From contig NGBS01001160.1 in NCBI GenBank assembly GCA_002245135.1, positions 682,001-746,000 on the forward strand: a DNA stretch of 64,000 nucleotides, given 5' to 3'. The stretch comes from Proteromonas lacertae. Its lineage: Eukaryota. Made by a program: the position numbers and the translations under genes. The notes beneath the pieces are model-generated. The model ran no database searches, was not told the DNA's origin, and worked only from the letters and a program-made list of their open reading frames with translations. This document shows, piece by piece, positions 24,401 through 38,200 of this stretch; positions within the stretch are counted from its first letter, which is position 1; every line of letters starts with the position of its first letter.

Positions 24401-27400
24401 CCAAGAGGTGTAATTACAGCGTTACTGTATAAAACAATTCTTGTAAATTCTGGATCTGCAACACCTAATGCTTCATAAATAGCTGCAATTGTTGAAAATG
24501 ATGCAAATATATTTGTTGCTAATGTCGAATAAGTATATCTGTATGTAAATGTGTTGCTATACCATTCAGTATATTGAGTTTTATCTTCAACTGTATAAGG
24601 ATTGTAAGTATTCCATATTAATTGATTTTCAAAATATCTACCATATGTATCAGAAGCAGCAACTCCAACATCAGCGAAAAATGAGACAATTTGATAAGAG
24701 GGATAAGTAACACCATTTGCACTTAAAACAGCTATAAATTCTGAAGCATGTGCTGATTCTAATAGATTTATTATAATACCACCATTTGGTAATTCCATTT
24801 TAATTGAATTCGATATTGGTGCTAAATCTGTTTTTGTATATGGAATGGTATGTTGACGAATCACATTCAAACCTCTATAAGTCAATTCAAAAGCAACACT
24901 ATCACCAATAGTTTGAGATTTCTTTGTATCACTCATCACTATGACAATATCTCCATCTAAATCTTTGTTTATTGAAGCGTAAAGGGCATTCTAAAGAATT
25001 ATAATTAATATATATATATATATATATATAATACATAAGAAGCAATTGGAGGAGAAACAAATAATGTGTTTTTAAAACAGTATGTTCCTTCTGACAAGAA
25101 TGGAACATAGTATAATATGTTATGTTCATCACATAATGGACCAAATAACTCAATTTCTTCAGATCTATTTAAAAAAAAAAAAGATAAAATGAATTATATT
25201 ATAAATACGATGTTGTTCCAACTAAAGCAACAATATTTCTTTTTAAACCTTTACTAAAACATTCTTTTCCCTTCTCAATATCTCCATGAACATCACAAAC
25301 AAATATATTCATTCTTTGTCCATTTAGATTCGTCATTGAATTTACAGCAATAAATGATACTTCTAATAACTGTAAAGCTTCATCAATTGATTGCTCGACA
25401 TAAGATATAAAGACACCTACATTAAATGTTTGAACTTTCACTTTCTGACCAGCATTACATACATATACTTCATCAACATAATAATCACCTTGAAATGGTT
25501 GGGATGGCCATGATTTTGACACTACATCATCAACTTTAACAATACCATCTTGTATTTTACCAACAATCATTTGTTGTTTAAGATGATTGGTTGAATCAAA
25601 TGCAGTATAGCCAGTAATACCAGTAAAGGATGGAAGTTTAATTGCATTTAATACTACAGCTGGTAATGCATCATAAGATACATAACTTTTCAATGTTACA
25701 GTTAATAAAACAAATGCATTCCATGTTAAAACAATACTATATGGAATAATTGATTTTTCATTCTTATTTCCAACTACATTTAAGAATTCTTTAACTGCTG
25801 GTGCTTCTATATCTGCAGTATAACTAGTAAATACATATTGTCCTTCCATATAACTAGGATTCTTAAGTTCACCTGATAATTCAGTATAGGCAACAACAGG
25901 ATATAGTTTAATATCTGATGATGATGATATTACATTATGATATTGTATATAATATTCTTCCATATCTTCTTGATCCATTATTAATACAGTTAAACATGTA
26001 TCTTTGTATTGTTGCAATGAACTTGTAGCATTTTTTAATGTTTGTTCTCTATCGTTACTATCTTCCCAAGTAAATTTAGTCACACTGTCATAAGGCAACA
26101 TCTCCAATACTGAATCTATTAATTGTATTCTTGTTTTTCTATATTCATCTACCTTTTCAACTATCACTAAGTTTACTAACCCATATTTCTGTAGTAAATA
26201 GTAAAAACCAGGCATTATTTCTTGAGATGGTGATGTAGCTAACATTAATATATTACTTGAACATTCATTACCATAATTTCTACCTGCATGGAATAATATC
26301 ATATTCAATAAACTAACTGGATCTTTCATCTGTTTTAACGATTCTTCAGAACATATACTAAATACATAAATAACATCATCAGCTTTCAATTCCATAAGCA
26401 AATCAGATGCATCTCCTGTTGGACAAGATCTAATAACTGTTACAATTTGTAATCCTCTTATTCCTCCATTACTGTTAATTGTTTCTACTTCAGATATTAA
26501 CATTCCATATAATCCAAATGAATCACTTGGTTTAGTAATATCTAACAAAATACCAACTGGAAATGAGGTGATTTCTTTTTTCTCTAGAATATTAGTGTCA
26601 ATGAAATTGCATTCATAATATTTATTATCATTCATCTATTACAATAAATTAAATATATACATATGTTGAATAAGGTACAGCTTGAATTGCTCCATCACTA
26701 CTATATATTGGTTCATGAAACCAATTATTATTAGAAGTAAACTTGTTAATACGTGTAACAAATATAGGTTTAGATAGATAATTATTATAACCTAAATCTT
26801 CCTCTACACAGAGTGAAATAACGGAATAACCATAAAATAATGATAATAATTTGGAAGTATCATATTTTTCAATTGAATCAAGATTTCTAAAGAACTGTAA
26901 AACATCAAATATATTTACAGCATAAGGAGTAGCAAAATCATTTGCTCTTCCCATCTTTTTATCTATTAAACCTCTATATTGAAGATTTGTAGTATAATTG
27001 GAAGAACCTAAATATGTTGAAAATACAAACACTTTATCCCAAATTGATGGATTTTTATCGACTGTTTTATCCCATATATCAAATACATATAATTTCAAAT
27101 TATCTTCTTTCTTAAAACAATTCTGTACAAACAATTCAGAGTGTTTTTGATTCATAAATATAAACACGCTTGGATTTTGATATGTAGATTTTATATCATC
27201 AAAATAATCATTGGTTGAAGTAAAATTAGTAAAATCAGTTATCTTTGATAGTTTAATATGTTCTGTAGTAAATTGCCTCAACATTTTGTAACCAGCTGAG
27301 GATATATTCACATTATTAATCAGTTCATCACTTATAATTTCTAAATAATCAGAATTTTGGAATGCAAATATTAATGGAGATTCACCTAATTGATTAAATG

Positions 27401-30340
27401 TTCCACCAACATGAACAATATGAGAATTACAAGTTTCACCATAATGAGGATGTAAATCAAATAATAACAAGTTATATTTTGATAATAATGGAGTAATTCT
27501 ATCTATTTCTTCTGCATCATAACCACCAAAAATACCATAGAAAATTGGATTTGATCCATCATAGGTATTACTCATCATATTGATTATATTCTCTTCATAA
27601 TTCTTAAATTTATCCTCATCGTTTAAATGTTTAAAATGATATATACGAATTACTGTATCTTGTACAACTTCGAATGAATTTGCAGCTTCAACTGTGTTGA
27701 TTAATTGCTCAATGTAATCATAATGTTCTGGGTTTGTATGATCATACATACTTCCAAATACAATCAGACTGTAGTTTTGAATTCCAGTATTTTTAGCTAT
27801 ATATATATATATATATATATAATTAATAATATATATATATACCTTCTTTCCATGAACATATTCTATTGGAAGGATAATATATATCTGGATTAATAGTAAA
27901 CTGAGGTATAAACACTGGTACAAATGTATGAGTGTGATCCAATTGATATATCTTTGCAGACATTCTCGTATAACCTGAGAATTCCATACTGAAAATACTT
28001 GGTGTTGTGATAGATTGAGAATATAGAAACTGTTTCATTGTTTCTTTATCATAACCTCCGGCTTGAGTTCAAAGCTTGAGCAATTAAATTGATTGAATTA
28101 AGAGCAACTGCAGCATCTGATGTGTATATACCATCATCATATAGATACTCTCTAATATCATTCATTACAGAAGCATTCTCTACATTGAAATAATAACCAA
28201 TCGAAAATAGTCCTGTTAACTAAGGAAATTAATAAATAAAATAGTAATTATTATTATTATACATTTGTATCAACTCCATATGTTTGAACATCTTTTTCAG
28301 TTAGAAATATATTATATATTTCATATCCATTAGCATATGTTAAACTCTCATTATAAAGTGCTTTAAATAGATATTTATTATAGGAAGATGAAGCTGTATT
28401 AATTACTATACCACCATCTGGAAATGCTTCCTTTATTGATTTCGCTATAACTGTTCCTTCAACATCATTCATATCAGACATCATGGCGTTTGATATAATT
28501 CTTACTTCAAACTCTTTTAATCGATATTCTAATGTCTGAATCAAAGCAACAGAAAAACTAAATAAAACATTATTATTAATTTATATATATATATATACGA
28601 TTCATTAGTTCCTACTATAAATACCTCAGGTACTGTAGAACTTCTAGTAATATGACTCATTAATGATTCAGCTATAACAGTTGTAGACAAACCCATCTCA
28701 AACCTATCAGAAATGCATTTATCTGAATTGGATTGTGTAGTAATAATGAATATTACATTCCATTTATTAGCATTAACATCTAATTTTAATATTAATAAAA
28801 GAAAAAATATTTATATACATTGATATAAAGGAGCCATTGCATCATCAAATGCAGCTACAAATATAACAGCAACTTCATATTTCTTATAATAATATTCAAC
28901 CTATTATTGATATATATATATATATTATAATATACTTGAGGAATTAAGGCAAATGATGGAATGTCTGAATTGATTACATAAGCTCTAACATGTTTACCCA
29001 TAAAACCACCCTATTAATTACAATAATTTAAAAATAATCAATACAATTTTATTCAAATAATCAACAACAGCTACTTCAAAATTACTAAGAAACTGAGCAT
29101 TTTGCCCTGCAGATCCACTATTTGGATTTAAAAACAACATAATAACTGATTTTGCACTAGTTTTACCTGTTATTGGATTACTTTGCCAACTACAATGAAC
29201 CAAAGGACATCCACCTATTACTTCCGTTGGATCAAAATAATCATGAGGACCATATGTATGAAGTACTTTAACTGAAACATCTGCATTACTATCTGTAGTT
29301 TTATCAACAAAATCAGTAACATAATAAGAACAAGATGCGTAGTTATGTTCAACTAAAATGACTTTATTATTACCATAAGTATATTCTTTCCCATATAAAG
29401 AATTTGTTAAACCAATTGGTGATAATGTCCCTGCATTGGTATAACCTTGGATTAGTAGATTAAATAATATATAGTAACCATAATCAACATAGGTATATGT
29501 ATGACTATTGGTTGTGACTGTTGTTTTAAAACCTTCATAAATTAGATCATCATTTAGATAAGTTGGTGTTATTTTAGTTGTTTTCTTTGCTTTTAACCAA
29601 CTATCTGCAAAACTACCTAAGTTAAAATTAACTATTGAATAAACTGTAGCAGGAGGTACAGTATCGAAATTTGAATTCTTATAAAACTTTTCAATTAAAG
29701 TCTCATCTCTATTACATATGATATAAACAGCTCCATCAATATAAAAATTGTATGGACCATTCTTCAACTGCTCATGTGTAACAATTGTAAAGTTATTAAA
29801 TCCTGGAAATGCTAAATTGCCTATTATTTTATCAGTGAAATTGTTCTTTGACCTGGAATAATCATCTTCAATTATAACAACTGGAATGAATGGATTTCTT
29901 GCATCAGCAATTACTATCTGTCCATCTATAAGAATAATAGAAATAATATATAAAATACATGTCATTAATATTGGAACTAAAGAACTGAAATATATTACAT
30001 TCTTTGTACAGGATTCTTGAGCATAAGCGTAAGACATCCATACGAAAAAAGGTTGATAGTTAAACTTGTCTGTAGCACTAAACAGTAATTCATCTGCGAA
30101 TATATGAAGTACTTTATCAGCCTTTATCCGATTTATCACAGTATCAATATCTGATAGATCTGATAACACAGTATAATCATGATACTCGATTGTTACACTT
30201 AAAGTAGTGGCTAATTGCTTAAAGAAGTCCTCATAAAAAGAATCCACAGCTCCACCATGAATATAACCTATTTTAATATCATCTGCACACTGTATAGAAA
30301 TTAATAATAAAAAATATATAAAAACTATATTGCCTTTCAT
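18419..30340 (-). CDS. Giant class C GPCR-like receptor: signal peptide, nine tandem type-1 periplasmic-binding (UrtA/AmiC-like) domains, 7tm_3
   Basis: Start MKGNIVFIYFLLLISIQCA. Repeated G-x-x-C-x-x-N motifs and terminal C-x-(W/F) motifs. TM region VKFASPLFL, CELRVW, AKAWRIHRLF, VRKASSEFNES. ORF pieces are joined by short GT-AG introns and one apparent frameshift near 28067. Confidence 0.85.
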
Positions 30341-30485
30341 CAATAAATAATGAATAACGATAATGAATCGGCTTGAGCTGTTCAAACATATTATCATTTT
30401 TAAAAAATAAGTATATTCTATTGTATTATTTTGAATAATTTACGCTCAATAGACTTCCCAATAAAAAACATTAAAACGAACCTAT

Positions 30486-32628
30486 CTACTTTTTCTTGGT
30501 TGGTGTCTTTACTTTATCTAACTCATTTTTTGTCTTTTCAGAAAAGTTTATTTTAGATTGCAATGCTTTGTGTTTCTTCTCTCTCGGAGTTTCTTCATCT
30601 TCTTTCTTTCTCTTTTTCTTTTTAGGTATTTCTTTCTCACTTTCTACAACATCAGCATGAGTATTATTCTTTATTTTCTTCTTTTTTATCACTTTTTTAT
30701 TTTCTTCTTCTTCTTCTTCTTCGTGGAGTGACTTAACGGGTGGTATATCCTCTGAATCTGATAATTGTTCTAAACGTTTAGGTATAATCTCTTTTATATT
30801 ATTTGTTGCGTTTTTTGGTATTATTGGTTTACTATTTATATTGTTTGTTTTACTATTTTTTGGCTTATTATTTTCAGTTGATTTAAACATATTTTTAATT
30901 TTCCCTACCATTTTACATATTTTTTTTACAGCTCCTTCATTATTCTCTGAGTTATAATAATTATTATCTAATTTCCTTTTTACACATTTTGTTTCTGTTT
31001 CTTGTTGTGGTGGTTTTAGTGTTTTACCTTCCAATATATCCATTACACTGGGTAATTTACTATCTTCTTCTTCTTTATCTTCTTTTTGATTATTACTTTC
31101 ATTCTTTTCTTTATCTTTTTCTTTCACTGATATTAATGTCTGTTTTATTAATCCTTTCATTGGTAATAATGGACAAGTTTTGTTTAGTTTTAACAACAAT
31201 TCGTTTTGTTCAATTAAATAATTTCTATCATGAAGAGAATTGATTATTTTTTTGTTTTTATTGAAATTCCTATCCTTTTTCTCTTTGTTTTTGTTTTTGT
31301 CTAAATAAATCTCATGAACTAAATACATTAAATAACTTCTCAAAAATTTGGAATCTTTAGGAAAATTACATTTTTTTGACCATTCTTTTAAACTACTAAA
31401 ATCAATTATTTCTTGAGATTGTAGAAAATAAAACAAATAAAATAAAACAAAAACTCCACAATCTCTAGCATTCTCTTGTCTTGGAAGATCTAATTTTTTA
31501 TAGGGCAATTCAAGTGGCTGATGAAATATCTTCTTATGTTCTTCTTCTTCTTCTTCTTCACTATATAATTTACAATACAACTTTCTTATTTTATCTTGAA
31601 TCACTGTAATACTGTGAATTCCCATTGAATCCATTAATATTATAAATGGTTGAGTCTAATTTAAATACATAATAATAAAAGATAAATAATATATATATAT
31701 ACACTTTCTTTATACTCATATAGATGATCTTTGTATTTCTTATAGTATTTATTTGCATTTACCATAACAGCTAAAGACCAGTGCATATCTAAATTAATTG
31801 GAAATATCAGATATTTCACTTTCTTAAGATTCAAATCTTTAAACCATGATTTATCAATTTTCTCAATTGATTTGAATAAATATAATGACAAAAATGATGG
31901 GAAAATATAATATTTATCTAAGCGTTTATTATCACTAATGTTATAAAGTGAATAAAATGCAAAGAAGTCTATATCTGCGTCATTCAACCATCCATCCTTA
32001 ATTAAATTCTATAATAATTATGAATAACAACAAAAAATACTAAATCATATTCAGTTAATAAAGCATTTTTAAATGATAATATTGTTATTCCTTTATTCTG
32101 TATTGGTGAAGGTGATACTGACTCATCGTCACTTTCTATATCAACTATTTCAGGAATAGGATTTGGTTTTGATGATTTAGGAGATTTAAATAAACTGTTA
32201 TTACACTTAAATGAGTTGATACTTAATTTACGATTTGATGCAGGAGTTTTATTTGGATTAGAACTTTTGCATGACTGAGGTGTAGATGGCATTTTTGGTC
32301 TTGTTGATTCTATAATGATATATATTTTAATTAATATACTTAGTTTATTTGATAATTCTAAATTATAGTGTTTATTACATTCTTCTTTAACTTTTGCACT
32401 ACATTTGGTTGGAGTAGTGTATTTGGAGCTATTTTCTTTATCTCTGTGCTCTTTTAATTTTTTCAATACATTAAGAGATATACCGGTGTTTATTTTCTTC
32501 TGTATATGTAATTTACTTCCTGATATAAGCTCTTTCATTACATTTTTCTTTATATCTTTTAATTTATGATTACTATTATTCTGAATTACAAGTTGTGCAA
32601 AGCCTGAAGATCTTGATAATTTACTCAT
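30486..32628 (-). CDS. Ulp1/SENP-family SUMO protease (peptidase C48)
   Basis: GWLNDADIDFF, LIFPINLDMHWSLAV, ILMDSM and PRQENARDCGVFVL give the His/Asp/Gln/Cys catalytic set. Confidence 0.88.
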
Positions 32629-32707
32629 TTTCTAAAAATATAGTCGTTTCATTATTCTTTAATTCTTTGTTTTCTCATTATCTATTTATTTACTTTGATA
32701 AATTAAT

Positions 32708-33922
32708 ATGCCAGATTTAAGAAAGCTATCTAATTTCGAATTATTTTACTTAAAAATTAAAGTTACTATTGGATTATTTGCTGAATTGAAAGAAAACGTT
32801 GATGAAAGTAAGATAGTTGAAGCTATCCAATCAACATCACAATTTTATGATTTTGCTATGTTGAGACTTTCATATTCTATAGAAGAACCGCTTTATTGGA
32901 GAGACACTCATAGACTACCGCTTATTGAAAAAGTGGAAGGAAATAATACTCTTGATGAATTTTCACAGAATTTATCAAATGAACCAATTCGAGGCAATCA
33001 ATGTTGTAGAATCTTTATTCAAAATAACAAAATAGGAATGATAGTATGTCATTCAGCTGTAGATGGTAAAGTATTTACCAAATTATTTCTTTATTTAATG
33101 TCATATTTAAACAATGATAAAATAAATAAAGACAAATATCGAATTAACACTAATAACTCAAAAATCTCAATAGCAGAATTATTATTTGACACAAGGAAGA
33201 TTGTACCACCAAATTTCCCATCAGATACTATGAAATCAATAACTGTTCCATGTATATCAAAGAAAGGACCATCTCAACAGTGTTTTATTACAATAAAGAA
33301 TTCAAAATATGATAAATTAGAGTCATTTTTGAATAAACTTCAATCAGAAATATCTATTCATAGAATAGGAATTACATCCACAATATTAACACTTATAAAT
33401 ATTGCAATGAATAGATATAAGAGAAATGAAATATATAAATCAAGTGTAGTAGATTGTATAATAAATTTAGATAAATATTTACCAAATAATAATGAATGTT
33501 ATTTATGTTCAATAGCATCAGTTCCTTTGATAATTGTAAATGAAAAGAATATATTAGAATCAACAAAAGTAAATACAAATACTTTATACAGTGCTATTGA
33601 TTCAAAGTTACCTTTATATTATTACAATAAAATGAATGAGAGTTGTTTAAAATCAATAGGTGAAATAGATGAAGATTATGATAAAAAATCATTAGATTTA
33701 GAGATAGAATATTCTTCTTTTGGTAATTATCATCTTCCTACTAATATCAATGAAGATGGATTAAGGATCAGTCAGAGTTGTCATGGAATGATGAATTTAT
33801 TGAGTATTACTTCAATTCAGGATAGAGAAAATAGATCAATTAATTTTACTTTCACATGTTATGCTGGTGCTAGAATAGAAGAGTTTGTTGATATATTTTA
33901 TAGCTTGTTTGACGAATTATGA
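32708..33922 (+). CDS. Intronless condensation-domain / alcohol acetyltransferase-like acyltransferase
   Basis: N-terminal LRKLSNFE and HxxxDG motif IVCHSAVDG in a 404-aa uninterrupted ORF. Confidence 0.7.
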   Translation: MPDLRKLSNFELFYLKIKVTIGLFAELKENVDESKIVEAIQSTSQFYDFAMLRLSYSIEEPLYWRDTHRLPLIEKVEGNNTLDEFSQNLSNEPIRGNQCCRIFIQNNKIGMIVCHSAVDGKVFTKLFLYLMSYLNNDKINKDKYRINTNNSKISIAELLFDTRKIVPPNFPSDTMKSITVPCISKKGPSQQCFITIKNSKYDKLESFLNKLQSEISIHRIGITSTILTLINIAMNRYKRNEIYKSSVVDCIINLDKYLPNNNECYLCSIASVPLIIVNEKNILESTKVNTNTLYSAIDSKLPLYYYNKMNESCLKSIGEIDEDYDKKSLDLEIEYSSFGNYHLPTNINEDGLRISQSCHGMMNLLSITSIQDRENRSINFTFTCYAGARIEEFVDIFYSLFDEL

Positions 33923-34007
33923 ATATCTGAGTAAATGTTTTAATATACACACATTTTGATGTCATTAATTAATTTACTATATTATTATACATTTTTTTAA
34001 TATAATA

Positions 34008-35025
34008 TTATGAAAGAAATGACTTCTCAAATTCCATTTGTAATCTAATCTGTTTATCACTTTCACTCCTTCTAGTAGATGTTTTTCTTATTATCTCTTC
34101 TCTTTGTAGACTTACAGGACGTTGTGTTCTTTGAATCATATCATCTTTAAACAATGAATTAAGTCCATTCAATACATATTCACTCTCTTTCTTCTCTCTT
34201 ATGATTCTTTCAGCTCTATTACCTCTTTCTAATAGTAATTGATGATGTCTTTCATCTTCCAATTGTTTATGTTTCATTCTTTCTTCAAATAAACGCTTAG
34301 CTTCAACAGCATTTTGGTATGCATTTTTTTGACTGTTTTGATTTCTTTCAATTGTTAATTCTGTGGGATAATGATGGTGTACAAATCCCATTAACATATC
34401 TGAAGAGTCTAAAATTATACGATCCTCAATTCTTTCATAAGAACTATCAGAATCTGATGATTGATTATTAGATATATCATTGTATAGCTTCATTGCTTGT
34501 TTTTCTATTTCTGCTTTATCATGAGCTTGTTCTCGTTGCATTTTGGCATAAAATGAATTGGTAGCAAACCTATTCTTCTTCACATTCTCAATTCTTCCTG
34601 TTTCTGATTTGGATTTCAATATTACTGATTTATAGGCTGATCTTGATCTTTGTATTGATCGCTTCCTTTGTTGTTGTAATATATACTTCTATACAATGAT
34701 AAAATAAAAAAAATACTTGATCATTTGCCACAACGTTTTCATTCTCAATGTATTCGGCTGCAGAATCATGAGCACATCCTAAAGATGCCAAATTCTTTTC
34801 ATATCTTGTTGTTAATCTCTTCAATAAGTCATCATGCTCTACTTTCCATTCTGCACCAAATTTATATCCAGCTTCTGCAATCATTTGTTCCTTTTTCTGA
34901 TTATATCTCTCTGTCTGTTTTTTCGAAATCATCAGCTCCTGTTGTCTAACTTGGCGCAGACGTTCCTTTCTTCTCCACTCTTTATCTTGTTGAATCAAAT
35001 TGTCATCATAGAAGAAATTGACCAT
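34008..35025 (-). CDS. CEP295/Ana1 (DDC8-like) N-terminal domain protein, one intron
   Basis: RRKERLRQVRQQE...AEW...YEKNLASLGCAHDSA matches the CEP295 N-terminal pattern. Intron 34689-34716 joins the two listed ORFs in frame. Confidence 0.65.
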
Positions 35026-35200
35026 TGGAGGTAGAAAATAAATTTCAAAAATGAGGTCAGAACAGATCATGTTCTATGAGGCTTAAATAGAATTATTTTT
35101 TAAATTAACTAAATTAAGCGAGGCTTAATATCTTATTCAAGCCTTATTTATTAAATAAAATACCTCTTCCTTCTAACTCTCTTAATAATAAAGAAATACA

Positions 35201-38200
35201 ATGGATACAAAACCTCTGGAGGGTAGTTTATCCACAGGTAGCATGTTAAGGTCTAGACAATCAAAGTAATTCTTTTTTTGATATAATTTATAGAGTGGAG
35301 TTCAGATGTGAAGCAAAATTGGATAAAGGAGAGTCGATAATGGTGGTAGGATCACACCCTAGTTTAGGGATGTGGAAACATACAAAGGGTGTAGAATTAT
35401 GGACATCTCCAGAGACGTAAGAGTTTCAGGTTATATTCGCATAGATATCCAATTTGGAAGACAAATGCTGATTTATATTTTGATCAAAATAAAGAATTAG
35501 TTTATAAATACTGTATACTACAAGGAGGAGCTTTTTCTGTATGAATTTTAAATTTTCTAACATATATATATATCTATAAATAGCGTTGGGAAGAATCAGA
35601 AGGTAATCGAACAATAACACCAATATGTATATTTACTCTTCTAACAATAACAATAGCAACTGAAGGTCATGTAATGGATATATTAGACACTCAAAGATCA
35701 TCAGGTTATGTAGGAGATACCTGTGACAGAGATGAAGAGTTGAATAGTGAAGATGCAATCCCAGTATTAACTAGAACACTATCAACTAATGATCAGTTAT
35801 TAATCGTCACTATGTTTCTACCAATCAAAATCTCCAAAGACACAAATACAAAGAGATTCAAATTTGAATGGTCAAGTTTATCAATATTATCATTATTCCT
35901 TCGTGAATTGGTGTTAAATAATAATTACAAATGGGTAGGCTGCTTAAGAACAGAACAAACATATACATTAGATGAACAAATTGAAATAGTGAATATTTGT
36001 AAACAGAATAAATGTATTCCAGTGTTTTTAACTCCTGAAGATTTTCAATTGCATTATATTGGTTATTGCAAAGGCTATTTATGGCCAATTTTCCATAATA
36101 TTTTAGATATTTATGGTGATTATGCTCAAAAAGTAATGCCTGAAAAACTAGATCCACAGTATCAAGCCTATAAAAGAGTGAATAAATTGATAGAAAAGGT
36201 AGTTAAAGAGGAATATCATGAAGGTGAATTAATATGGATAATGGACTATCAATTGATGCTATTACCATTCTCATTAAGAAGACATTTAAAACCAGCTAAA
36301 ATTGGATTTGTATTTTATGTACCATTTCCAAGTTCAGATGTATTTTCAACCATTAAACGTATAAATAAATATTTTCTTATTATTATTATTATTATAGAGA
36401 GAAAGGAGTTAATAACATCATTATTATCCTGCGATTCAATCTCATTCCAATCATTTAGTAGTGCAAGACACTTTGGTAATATGTGCCATAGATATATGAA
36501 GGTAATCTATCGTAAGAGTAAAGAAGGATATATAGAAATAGAATATAATGGAAAAGTAGTACCAGTAATAGCATCACATTGTGGTATTGAACCTGAAATA
36601 TATGAGAAATATATCAAAGAAGAAAAGACTATAGCTAAGAAGAAAGAAGAATTAGAAGTTATTGCTAATGGAAGACAAATCATTGGTAGTTATGAAATGG
36701 AAGAAAGATTAAAAGGTATTCCATACAAATTAGCTGCATTATATCAATTCTTTGAAAGATATTCAGAGTTTCGTAATAGTGTCTGTGTTATTATGTATTT
36801 AACTACATCTCCATGTAGAGGAACTGATTATAGTACTTCTGTGAATGAAATACATCGACTGGTGGATAATATTAATACGAAATTTGGTAAAAATAATCAA
36901 AAAATTATTGAATTGAAAGAGAGTAGTTATTTTGATATTGAAAGTAGAATTGCATTATGGACAATAAGTGATTTATATTTTTCCACTCCATTAAGAGATG
37001 GTTTACACTTAATAGCATTAGAATATGTTTATATTAGAAAGGTACTTAGTAGAAAACCTGGTACTGTTATTATATCTGAGCTAACTGGCTGTGCAAGATT
37101 ATTAAATGGTTCTATTAGAGTAAATCCATGGAGAACTGAAGAAATAGTAAGTGCATTATATCATGTATTTGGCAAGATGAGTTATAATGAAAAACAACTT
37201 AGACAAATCAAAAATGAAGAATCATTTGTGCTTAATTCAGCCAGTCAATGGGCAAGAATTCAATTAGAAACATTAAAGAACAGTAATAGCAATACAAGTG
37301 GTGTATTAGTTGGTTTAGGTTTAGGAAATCATATTATACATTTAAGAAGTGATTTTAGACACTTGAGGTATGAAGATATTCGTGATAAATATGTAAATGC
37401 TAAGAGAAGATTGATATTAACAGATTATGGTGGTACTTTAATCCCAAGTCATGTAGAATCAAAGATAGAAGGTGGTGTAGGTGAGAAAATAGATATTAAA
37501 AGAGCTCATGATGTATTATTCAGATTAACTTGTTCTGTATCAAACACTGTGTTTGTAACAAGTGGAAGATTAGCTGAGGAATTAACTTCATCAGTTGGAG
37601 ATATAAAAGAATTGGGATTAGCTGCAGAACATGGATATATTTATAAACTAAACAATAAAACTGATTGGAAGAGATTAATTCAAAGTGAAAATGATGATTA
37701 TGGTTGGAAGAACTTGTGTTATTCAATAATGACTATATTTAAAAACAGAACCAATGGTACCTCTTGTGCAATTAAAGGATGTAGTGTAGTATGGGAATAT
37801 AAAAATGCTGATCCTGATTATGGTCCAATTCAAGCCAAAGAATTATGTGATGTATTAGACTATGAGTTAGCTAATTATGATGTTAAAATTATATTAGAAG
37901 ATTATTATATTGAAGTAAGACCTAATGGAGTAGATAAAGGGAATAGTACAAATCATTTTATTAATTTATTATGTGAAAATGGTAATAGTGTTGATTTTAT
38001 AATGGCAATTGGAGATGATTCAGCTGATGAACCTATGTTTGAAGTAGTTAAGAAATATGCTAATATGCATAGACAAGTTAATTGTTTTACTGTTACAGTA
38101 GGTCAGAAGCCAAGTGAAGCTGATTATTATTTTAATGATGTTAATGACTGTTTGAAAGTACTTGAAGATTTAGGAAGAACGATTGGTAAAGTCAAGAGTG

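Noticed and set aside
25008..27840. (TA)n runs as mobile elements or CRISPR-like repeats
   Set aside because: Simple microsatellites inside introns, with no spacer structure or terminal repeats.
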